A stretch of DNA of 64,000 nucleotides from Naegleria gruberi (taxonomy: Eukaryota), in the NCBI GenBank assembly GCA_000004985.1, contig GG738912.1; one strand, given 5' to 3'. Position numbers and translations under genes: made by a program. How positions within the stretch are numbered: the stretch's first letter is position 1; every line of letters begins with the position of its first letter. Below are positions 10,253-20,046 of this stretch, one piece after another. Below the pieces are notes generated by a model, which was not told the origin of the DNA, did no database searches, and saw only the letters and a list, made by a program, of their open reading frames with translations.

Positions 10253-11464
10253 TCTTCATAGAAGAGAAGTTACTTCCATATGCTGGTGGAAGTTATGAAA
10301 CAGCATCCAGTGTTACTGGAGGAGAAGGTCAACCACCACCACATCCAGTTACCATTCCAAGAATGCTTGGAAATGGCCCATCTCTACTAGATTTGAGATT
10401 GCCATCCAATGTACTGGAATATATACTCGAACTCTTGAGAACTAACTCAGGTCCAGGATCTGTACTAAACGAAAAGGTTGCACAATCTGAAAAGGATGAA
10501 AAGGAAGCCAAGGATTTTGATATCTTCAATCCTCATCATGATCATCATGATAAGAACGATGATGACTATGACTACAATCTAAATTAAGTTTTAGGTTCAT
10601 GTTCAAAAAGTTTTGTAAATAAAGTTGTGTGTAACTTTTTTAAACGGTGACCTGGTTTCCATTAATACTGTTGTGATCTTTCTAATGGATTGTAAAAGTA
10701 GTTGTTGAGGTTTTTTTTTCATCAAAGAACATCGAGTTCTGATCTGGATTTGAACAGAAAAGCTTGTAAAAAGTGGAAATTGTTTGTTAGCATAAAATAA
10801 TTCACAAAGCAAGATATTTTGATGAATTTTGCAATTCCATTTCACCCACACAAATTCAATCCAAACACAATTTCTTTCACCTTCTCCAATTCTCTATTGT
10901 TGATGCCCGTTTTGTTAATATTCCTAATAATCATTAATGCTGAACAAGAACAATAGAGAAGATTTTCCCGCCCAAGAATAACTTGCCTTAACAAAAAAAT
11001 GTTTAAAACTAACAATAAATATGTGAACAACAATCAGTTTTATTCATGTTATTAGGATCATTTCCCTTTTGTTCTTCATCATGTTCCTCATCATGTTTTT
11101 TACTCATACTCTCTTTATCAGATCCATTTTCACAACTTCCTTTTCATAACTGAATCTTCACTTGTTCAATTCTTGGAATCCAGATTCTTACATAATTTGA
11201 TATAATTTCTGTTAGCTCAACTGGTTCATATGTTATTGAAACACCGTCATTTGGTACTGATGTCCTCAGAAGAAAGAAGGGTTAAGGAACATGCTGCTCC
11301 ACAAAAGCTATGAATTAAAAACAACTATGTTTAATAAATTATTAATTCTTAATCAGGTTAATATTTTCCAATTTTGATGATTTTGATGGCAGAGATACTC
11401 ACCAGTGTTCAGAAATTGCAAATCATTATTAATAATAAATAGATTATTAATATTCTTTGTGGAA

Positions 11465-11590
11465 GAAAATATTTTAATTAATTATAATTAGTACCGAAGA
11501 ATTTTATTAAAAATTTACCTCCGAGTTTGATCATGTTGGTTAGAAATTGTGCAATCAAAAATTATATGATTACCAACATGTTAAAAGATC
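11465..11590 (+). repeat. Dispersed repeat of about 125 nt, copy B. Its paralog lies at 7745-7870.
   Basis: See copy A. It lies about 370 nt upstream of the USP7-like ATG. Confidence 0.7.
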
Positions 11591-11954
11591 TCTCTTGTCA
11601 TTAATAATGTAAAATGTGGATTGATCACAACAAGTTGATGGTTCATCACCTCCAACAATCAGCACTGTGTGATGAAAGAACTAGCAAAATTGTATTTTTA
11701 GACCAGAATAAAAAATAAAAGAAAAAATTTTGTCGCTTGCCTTCTTCCATCATCAGGAGAGTGAAACGCGTCATCAAAAATTAAATTAGTTAATCTAAAT
11801 ACAAGTGGTTGTATATTGTTAAATTGCTACTTGTTTAGGTTACAGTAGATTATTATTATATATAGTGGTTATTTGTTTGGTTTTTAGGAAGCTAAATATT
11901 ATTATTTTACACCCGATCAAAGTATTGTTGTGAAGAGATAAATACCTAGTAACA

Positions 11955-14900
11955 ATGAAAATGACAGATGAATATGACCTTTCAGATAGTGATGATGAAA
12001 TGATGCAAGATACTGAGGAAGATAGAGGTTTCAGTGCTGAAGAAGAGAGAAAGCTTGCTTTAAGACAACAGGAATTGGATGAAGCAGCTCAATATTATGA
12101 ACCAATCGATGAATCAAAGGAAGGTGTCTATCATGTCAAATCATTTGATGCCAATACTGAAAAAGTGAGATGGAAGGCTGACTTTTCAAAAATGGCACAA
12201 AAGCAATATTCTCCAACATTTACTATTGCTGGAAATCATGAATTTAGATTACTTGTTTTCCCAAGAGGTAATCAAGTACCTTGCATCAGTCTTTATCTTG
12301 ATACCAATAACTCACAAGAAATCAAATTGGTTCGTTTCCAAGTTTCAATTTTGAATCAAAAGGATATCAGAGAGTCACACTCACAAGGTTTGTTTACATT
12401 ATCAATAATTAACTCATTTTGAATTTAGATGCTGAGAAAAGATATGGTCCAAATGATGTCGATTGGGGCTTTAAAGAATTTATTGAATTGAAAAAAGTCA
12501 ACCCAGATGTAGGATTCATATCTACTAGTGGAATTGTATATTTTGAAATGGTTATCCACATCTGTACTCAACCATATCTTATTGATCCAATTTCTTATGA
12601 TTCTAGAAAGGAGACAGGTTTTGCTGGCTTGCAAAATCAAGGTGCTACTTGCTATATGGTAAGTTTAAAAATTGATATAATTTTTATTAACATATTTGAT
12701 AGAATTCTCTTCTTCAAACATTGTATCTATTAACTTATTTCAGAAAATCGGTTTATAAAATGCCAATCGACGAAAATGAAAAGCCTCAAGATAGTATTCC
12801 ATTGGCATTGATGAGAGTTTTCTTTAGATTACAATTTGATAAAGGTGCTGTGGATACTAAGGAACTTACCAAATCATTTGGTTGGGATACTATAGATTCC
12901 TTTTTACAACATGACGTTCAAGAATTTGCTAGAGTTCTGATTGACAATTTGGAAAAGAAAATGGAAAAGACTGATCAAAAGGAAGTTATGAGACAAATTT
13001 TTGAAGGAATGTGTAAAAATTATATCAAATGTATCAATGTTGATTATGAATCATCTAGAAAGGAACCTTTTTATGATTTGCAACTCAACGTTAAGGGATG
13101 TAAAAATGTAGCTGAATCTTTTGATCAATATATTTTGGAAGAAACTTTGCAAGGAGAAAACCAATATCAAGCTGAAGGACACGGTTTGCAAGATGCTAAG
13201 AAGGGTACTAACTTTTTGAAATTACCACCAGTTTTAATGTTGCATTTGAAGAGATTTGAATATGATTATATCAGAGATTTAATCTACAAAATTAATGACA
13301 GATATGAATTCCCACTTGAAATTGATTTAGGAAAGTACCTAAGCGAAGATTCCGAGCAAAAGAAGGAAGATAATACCTATGTTTTATTCTCGGTTCTTGT
13401 ACATAGTGGTGATGTTTCTGGAGGTCACTATTACAACTTTGCTAGACCATACATTAATGAAGATAGGTGGTTCAAGTTTGATGATGAAAAAGTCTATGAG
13501 GTCAATGAAAGTCTCGCAGTTCAAGACAATTATGGTGGAGAAGCAAAGAAGAGTAAGATGTTTTGGTTGTCATCAAATCCTAACTCTGTCTACAAAAAGT
13601 TTACAAATGCTTACATGTTGCTTTATATTAGAAAATCTGCTATTTCTAACATGATTGCTCCAGTTGAAGTTGATGAAATTCCATCTCATTTGGAAGAAAG
13701 ATTCCAAAAGGATAGAGATGAAAGAGAAAGAAAAAAGAGAGAAAAACTTGAAGCAGCCAAGTATTGCAACATTAAGATTGTTACTGATGATGATATCAAA
13801 AAATCTGTTGAAAAGACTGGATCCGGTTTGGTTGAATTTGAAGATGTGGAACCTATCAAATTCTTAAGAGAAGGTACTTTTGCAGAATTGAAAGAGCAAA
13901 TTGAAACTCTTTATGGTATCAAGGCTGAACAACAAAGATTTTGGAAGTGGCAAAAGAGACAAAATCATACTCTCCGTCCAGATGCTATTATAAAACCAGC
14001 CGATGATGCTTCTACTATTGAGAGAAAGTATCCATATGTTAAGCATCAACAAGCTCCTCCTGTAGAATTATACCTTGAAGTGTCAAAACAAACTTACTCT
14101 TATCAAAAGGATGATGAGGAATGTGTTGTTCACTTCCCAGAACCAGCACAAAGATATATTCTCTTATTTATCAAGGAATATAATCCAGAGGAAAGAAAAT
14201 TGAACTTTGTTGGTACTGTATATGCTGATATGTTGAGTGAAGTCTCTGAAGTTATCCCATCCATTAAAGCCCTCATTGGTGCTGATGAAGATGATGATAT
14301 TCATATTGTTGAAGAAATCAAACCAAAGATGATTGATGATGTTAGAATTGATCAAAGCTTTAAGGATGCTCAACTCCAAAGTGGAGATATTCTTGCCGTT
14401 CAAAGAGTTCCAAAGGGAACTGACTTATCTAAATATCCAATTCCAACAGCAAAGAGTTATTACGACTATTTGAATAACCGTGTTTCTGTTGAAATTAGAA
14501 AATTGGAAGATCCTTTAAAGAATGTTGCAGTTGTCGAACTTTTGAAGAATATGGAATACAAGGAGCTTACTGACAAGCTAGGTTCTGCTCTTGAAGTTGA
14601 TGGAAATTTCCTTCGATTGACTGGTCACCATCCTTATAGTGAAGGACCTTTGGAGCAACCATTTAAGAGTAACTCAGGCTCTACTTTGAAGGATATGATC
14701 AACATTGGTCAAACCCCTCAAAAGATATTGTATTATGAAATTTTAGATGAACCAATATTTAATGTCGAAAATAAGAAAGAATTGATTGTGACATGGATGA
14801 ACTCTAAATGCCAAGATGTAGAAAAGTTCAAATTCCTTCTCTACCCTGACCAAAAGGTCAATGATTTGAAGCAATTGATTGAAGCCAAGGTCAATGGACG

Positions 14901-15429
14901 TAGAGAAATTGAGAACTCTACAATTGTTATTTCTCAAATTTCTAATTTCAAGATTAGCAAACTTTTAACGGGAGAAGAACTCATCAAAACTCTTGCTACC
15001 AACAAGGGAGAAACTATTCGTGCAGAAGAAATTCTAAATGAGGAGCTGTCTATTATCACTTCATCACATAATCTGACAGAAAACACACGTATCTTACAAG
15101 TTCAACATATTTGTAAGGAAACCACAGGTTATCGTTTGTTTGGTAATCCAAGCGTTCTTGTTGTCAAGACTGAAGAAACTTTAGGAGATGTCAAGAAGAG
15201 ACTCCAAGATAAATTGCAAGTCAGAGACATTGACTATAAGAGATACAAGTTCTACTTTATTGTAAACATGAAGATCAAGGATGCTTTGGAAGATGATTCT
15301 CTATTGTTCTGTGAATTATTCGACAAGGAAAAACAATCAACCAACGTTGATGTTGTACTTGCTTTGGAACACAAGGATCCAACACCAAAAGCCAGATGGT
15401 ATGAAAAGCCAATTGTTATCAAGAATTAA
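11955..15429 (+). CDS. Ubiquitin carboxyl-terminal hydrolase 7 (USP7/HAUSP)-like deubiquitinase, join(11955..12387, 12429..12658, 12705..15429)
   Basis: The N-terminus has a MATH/TRAF-like domain. The Cys box GLQNQGATCYM|NSLLQTL is split by intron 2 (12659-12704). The His box is DVSGGHYYNFARP. A long C-terminal UBL-repeat region follows. Intron 1 spans 12388-12428. The ORF track shows three pieces: 11955.., 12419.. and 12721... Confidence 0.85.
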
Positions 15430-15516
15430 ATAAATTATTATTCTCACAAGAGAGATTATCATTGGATGCTAGTAGAGTGTGGAAAATCCTGCAACTAGAA
15501 CTAAATGGAATTTCGT

Positions 15517-16188
15517 TTATGCAATAACTGTGATTGAGTAGCCACTTTCATATCTAAATGTAAATTTAGCTGGAATATAATCATTTCCAAGAACATGCCT
15601 CCAAAATTCGAAACGATTTGAAAAGCCAAGATCTTCCAAAAGTTTAGTAAAATCTGGAATGAATTTTGCAGTGTATGATCGATGAACAATAGCAGCTTGT
15701 TTGATAATTTCGAGATTGTATTTCAATTTGGTAGAAACTGCACTGAAATGTGCCCATCCAGTATTTTTCAGAACTAATAGTACAAGTTCTTTGTCATTTC
15801 GAATAGTTTCGTCTAAATGATAAAGAGCATGTCCATTCGTTTGTTGAATCATTTTCTTGGCAAATTCCTTGTTTTGTTTGAGTTGTTTTGGAACTGCTTG
15901 CATAATTCTCTTGTAAAATCGAAACGAAAGTAAACTAATCGCAAATAAAGTAATTTCCATATCAAGTTTGAAACATCTCGGAATTAGATAATAATAATAT
16001 GGATTATTTGGAGTTTCTTTTTGAATCTGATGAATAATTTCCACCTTTTGAATCGAATACTTTCTTGCACTTTCGTATTTAATTTGTAATTTTGTAAATA
16101 ATTTAATTTCCGAACAAGATTTTAAATTTTCACATTCATCTAATGATTGCAATACTAATTTAATATCCCCCTTTACTAAATTGCTCAT
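15517..16188 (-). CDS. DUF4116-like repeat protein (223 aa)
   Basis: It contains repeated about 30-aa helical units (NDKELVLLVLKNTGWAHFSAVSTKLKYNLEIIKQAA...) resembling DUF4116. It starts at ATG 16188. Confidence 0.35.
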   Translation of the reverse strand: MSNLVKGDIKLVLQSLDECENLKSCSEIKLFTKLQIKYESARKYSIQKVEIIHQIQKETPNNPYYYYLIPRCFKLDMEITLFAISLLSFRFYKRIMQAVPKQLKQNKEFAKKMIQQTNGHALYHLDETIRNDKELVLLVLKNTGWAHFSAVSTKLKYNLEIIKQAAIVHRSYTAKFIPDFTKLLEDLGFSNRFEFWRHVLGNDYIPAKFTFRYESGYSITVIA

Positions 16189-16266
16189 TTTTTTTAACAG
16201 TTTCTTTTGTAAAGTTTAAATTTCACTGCAAATTCAGATTTGAAAATTAGAAACAATTAAAAAAAA

Positions 16267-17179
16267 ATGAAACCAACAAAAAGTTATTCTAAAGTGATTC
16301 ATCCACTTCAAGAACAATTCGACATGATGTATTTGATATTTGAATTTATTGGAATCTCTCCGATCGTGGCTGTCGATTTGTCTCTTGTTTGTAAGGATTG
16401 GATGCAAGTTATTCGAAAGTTGCCAATTAGTTTAAATTTGTTTTATGCTTCAAGAAATTTAAATCTGGAAATGAGTGAAAAATTAGACGAATTGTTATTC
16501 TAACCTATTTAAGCTTGGCAAGAAATGACATTTCTCACAAAGGAGCTTCCTATATTTCGTCCAGTTTCAATTTATCCCAACTGAAACATCTCAATCTCAA
16601 TGGAAACCATATTTCAGATGAAGGAATATACGAAATTTCACAACTCGAAACTCTAACAAGTTTACATTTAAGTGGAAATCAAATTACCACCACAGGTATT
16701 ATCACCCTATCTCAAAGCCCCTTCTTAACCAATTTACAATCACTCAACTTGAGAAATCTAAAATCATGTCATGAGATCGAAAATTCACAAAACAAGTTTA
16801 CGAGAATTTTTATGGAGCTGAGGTTTGTGAAATAATTTCACAGAGTTTGAGTTTGAAGAATCTCACTCGTTTGGATTTGCTCGATGAAGCGATTACGCCA
16901 AAAGGAGTCAAATTGCTGACTGACAGCAATTCGAAACTTGACTATTTGAAGAATTATATTAGAAATGTTGAGATTTCGTATTATGAGAGGAAAGAACGTG
17001 GTAGAACAATTGGAGATTGTTCTTCAACCCTAATGTTGAAAGTTGAGTGTAAGGAATTCAATCCTCCAATTCGAATTGATTTTGTAGTTGGCCACTCTTT
17101 ATATCCCTTTAATGGAATAGAATATGAATTCATGATTCATGACTATCGACATTGCAGATGTTATTCTAAAATTTACTAA
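16267..17179 (+). pseudogene. F-box-like / RI-type LRR gene split over three frames. It may be a pseudogene, or it may have unresolved micro-introns.
   Basis: The N-terminus is F-box-like (LSLVCKDWMQVIRKL). LRR units follow (LKHLNLNGNHISDEGIYEISQLETLTSLHLSGNQITTTGI). Frame breaks at about 16500 and 16840 could not be repaired with plausible introns. A paralog lies at 42540-43124. Confidence 0.4.
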
Positions 17180-17226
17180 ATAATTCATTAGTGATTATTT
17201 TGTTTGAAATCATTTACAAAAAATCT

Positions 17227-18678
17227 TTACAATAAATTTATCAAGAATACAAAAATCAAGACAAGCAATCCAATCACAGAATTCAAAGAAGAAGCTGCAC
17301 TTCTCTCTGGAAGAATAGGCAAAGCACTTGCAGAGTAAGCTTGCCAATCAACTCCTGCCAAATCTCCACTACTTGAAATTCCAGTTTTCTCCAAAGATTT
17401 CTTCATGCACGAATAATACCTACTATAGGCAACTTTACATTTGGTGAAGAGAGAGCTAGCTTGATCTGCAAATTGATTCTTATCCAGGCCATGATATACC
17501 CTTGTTCCACTAGTAACATCTATTCCCATATTGTAGAGACATGCTCTAATATCTGTGGCGGGTCCATCACATGGAGTGGTGCATTTTCCAAAGGTGTATG
17601 GGAGGGTTCCTTTACCTCCACAAGAACATGCTCCTAATTTACAGCCATCAGAGTTGCCACAAATATCATCATCTAGTTTTTCTTCACATCTTTTTGAGGT
17701 GGAGCAATAGGAGGTGTAGCATTCATCATTTTGTTTACAACTTCCACCCAATGGAGTTCCATAAATTCTTTGACATTTGTAATTGATACACTTAACGATA
17801 TTTGATTTAGAAAAGGCACAATCGCTGTCAATTACACAACTATCTCCATAGGAAGGAACATTTTGACAAGTGAAAGTTGGGTCACTTTGAGAAGTTTGGC
17901 GACAAACCAAATCATTATCACACAAATCAGTACCTGTAGTACTGCAAACACCACCTCTTGGAATTCTATCCATGCAAGTCCATTGCCCACTTCCTTTAGA
18001 TGTTTCTTTACATTGTAAACCATTTCCACATAAAGTGAATTGAGGTGCATCAGATTCTGCATTTCCACAGACTGCTCCCTTGCCAACCCTTACAATTGGC
18101 ACACATTTGCTAGGTTGGCCAGAAGTTACGTACTTGTAACATGTAGAACCCTCTTTACAACCATAAATTATCTTTGCATTGTTATCAACATAACAAGAGT
18201 CTCCATTGTTTCGTTTTTCAATCTTGAATTTTGAACACTTATTCTGAATACATTTAACACCAATGAAATTTGCTAAAAAATCATTCAGAGTTGTATATGT
18301 TGTTGTATCTTGTAAACATTGACCGTCAATTTCACAAGAATCACCCAAATATCTATATGCTTGATAACACTTTTGATTAAAGCAATTCAAGGATGGAAAG
18401 AGACAATTATAATTTCCATAACATGTGGTCACATTCATGAAAGATTGTACATATGTGTATGGAGAGCATTTGGAAGCAAAGTTTACAAAACCAGGAGGAC
18501 AGATTGAGCTATCTCCTTGGGTTGTTTCTGTTTCTGCTAAGAAAGCACTTGCACAGGATTGCTGGAAGGAATGGTTGATTTGTGGCCAACATGTTGATTG
18601 TTTTTTTTTGTGTCTGTGGTGGTTTTGACATGAACATGTCAATCGTGATTTAATGATGAATTTGGAAGTTACAGACAT
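17227..18678 (-). CDS. Cysteine-rich extracellular protein with a C-terminal hydrophobic tail (GPI-anchor-like); 483 aa
   Basis: It has more than 60 Cys in EGF/Dickkopf-like spacing. It ends in SAASSLNSVIGLLVLIFVFLINLL. It starts at ATG 18678. No N-terminal signal peptide is seen in this exon, so a 5' exon may be missing. Confidence 0.5.
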   Translation of the reverse strand: MSVTSKFIIKSRLTCSCQNHHRHKKKQSTCWPQINHSFQQSCASAFLAETETTQGDSSICPPGFVNFASKCSPYTYVQSFMNVTTCYGNYNCLFPSLNCFNQKCYQAYRYLGDSCEIDGQCLQDTTTYTTLNDFLANFIGVKCIQNKCSKFKIEKRNNGDSCYVDNNAKIIYGCKEGSTCYKYVTSGQPSKCVPIVRVGKGAVCGNAESDAPQFTLCGNGLQCKETSKGSGQWTCMDRIPRGGVCSTTGTDLCDNDLVCRQTSQSDPTFTCQNVPSYGDSCVIDSDCAFSKSNIVKCINYKCQRIYGTPLGGSCKQNDECYTSYCSTSKRCEEKLDDDICGNSDGCKLGACSCGGKGTLPYTFGKCTTPCDGPATDIRACLYNMGIDVTSGTRVYHGLDKNQFADQASSLFTKCKVAYSRYYSCMKKSLEKTGISSSGDLAGVDWQAYSASALPILPERSAASSLNSVIGLLVLIFVFLINLL

Positions 18679-18787
18679 GAAAGATTTCCATTCATTGTAA
18701 TTTTCTCATAGAATTGATAATTGGTTGCCACAGTCAATCAAAATCTTTACAAAAGCAAGATCCTACTACTTTGTTTATTATGTACAA

Positions 18788-20041
18788 TTAGTGGTATTGA
18801 TCGAAAAATTTAAAAGTCAATTTGAGTTGTTTCAACAATTCAATTGTTGCACTCAATTCATCTCTGTAGGATGTGTTCAATAATAAGGAGGTGGTAGGAT
18901 CGTAATACTTCTTCAAATAGGATAATGTTGAAAAGTGAGTCAGTTGCAAGATGAGTGTTGTCATGACATCCTTGTGGAAACAAAATTGGACTAAAAGATG
19001 TGCCAAGTTAGAGTCTTTGTGAACATCATTTGGTAATTTCTTCTTAATACCAGACACATCAATAAACTTGTTAAATTCCTTAACGATGGCATCGCCTTGT
19101 GGGCTCAGTCCTTTCATAATTGTGACAGGAGATTCCTTGTATGGTTTGTTGGTAAGGAATGCCTTCTTTTCCAATCTATGGTCCAATAAGAGATTTTCAA
19201 TAGAGACACAGATACGTTCCATATATTCCTCGAATGGTCTCTCGTTGGTGCAATTGAATTTGAAATAAACTTCATCATTATTATCAGTGTAGGTTGTAAT
19301 AGCCGATTGTGAACGTTGTGAGGCCAAAGTAATGAGTTGTTTCACATTTTCTCTCAGGGATTGAACAACCTCGGTTGGAGTTTCAAATTGTTCATTAGCT
19401 TGATCGTTTCCATAATTTGTCACTGTGACAGAATTTGGTCTATCTTCATGTTTGAGTTCAATTGATTTCTTTGGGCTTTCGGTGTGGATAACTTCAATAG
19501 AGTTACTGGTATTATCATGGCTCGAATCCTCTATTGAAAGATTCAGAGTTGGGAAGGATGAATCACTGTGAGCTTCTGGGAACATTTCAATAATGGACTT
19601 TGGAGCTTCAGGTTTCTTTTTAGGTTTCTTCTTCTTGTCTGACTTTTTCTTTCTTTCAATTACTAAATCTCCAACTTCTTCAACAATTTGATCCTCAGAG
19701 TGCTTTTTCTTCTTTTTGGTAGAGCTGGATCTCTTCTTGTGTGATGGCTCTGCTAAGGTATCGTTTTGAGAATGTGATGAGACAGTATTGGAAGACAGTT
19801 CATCTTGATCAGTCAACACAACATCAGTAGAATCCTTTTCTTCCTCTGTGCCTATGTGAAGAGTGTTGGAAGCATCTTCAGAACTTTCCACAATAATTGA
19901 GGGTGTATTGTCTTGACTGAGTGATGCATCATCTGAAGGGGAAGAGGTGGAAGGAGAGCTGATCTTTGGCGAAGTTTCCACAACTGAAGTTTCTAAGACT
20001 GTTGGTGTAGGAGCTTCTACGACCTTTGGTGATTCTTCCAC
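18788..20041 (-). CDS. Ser/Lys-rich protein with a basic KKKK tract and a conserved-looking C-terminal helical domain; 417 aa
   Basis: This is a long ORF. The N-terminus is S/T/E-rich. A KKKKKHSEDQ...KKKSDKKKKPKKK basic patch follows. The C-terminal 180 aa are globular. Function is unknown. Confidence 0.4.
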   Translation of the reverse strand: MEESPKVVEAPTPTVLETSVVETSPKISSPSTSSPSDDASLSQDNTPSIIVESSEDASNTLHIGTEEEKDSTDVVLTDQDELSSNTVSSHSQNDTLAEPSHKKRSSSTKKKKKHSEDQIVEEVGDLVIERKKKSDKKKKPKKKPEAPKSIIEMFPEAHSDSSFPTLNLSIEDSSHDNTSNSIEVIHTESPKKSIELKHEDRPNSVTVTNYGNDQANEQFETPTEVVQSLRENVKQLITLASQRSQSAITTYTDNNDEVYFKFNCTNERPFEEYMERICVSIENLLLDHRLEKKAFLTNKPYKESPVTIMKGLSPQGDAIVKEFNKFIDVSGIKKKLPNDVHKDSNLAHLLVQFCFHKDVMTTLILQLTHFSTLSYLKKYYDPTTSLLLNTSYRDELSATIELLKQLKLTFKFFDQYH

Positions 20042-20046
20042 TATGC

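Noticed and set aside
10249-10587. The ORF 10249..10587 as an independent gene
   Set aside because: It overlaps the stop of the NTPase ORF in another frame and is acidic/low complexity. It is more likely a 3' exon or UTR-derived frame than a separate gene. It is left attached to the NTPase entry as uncertain.
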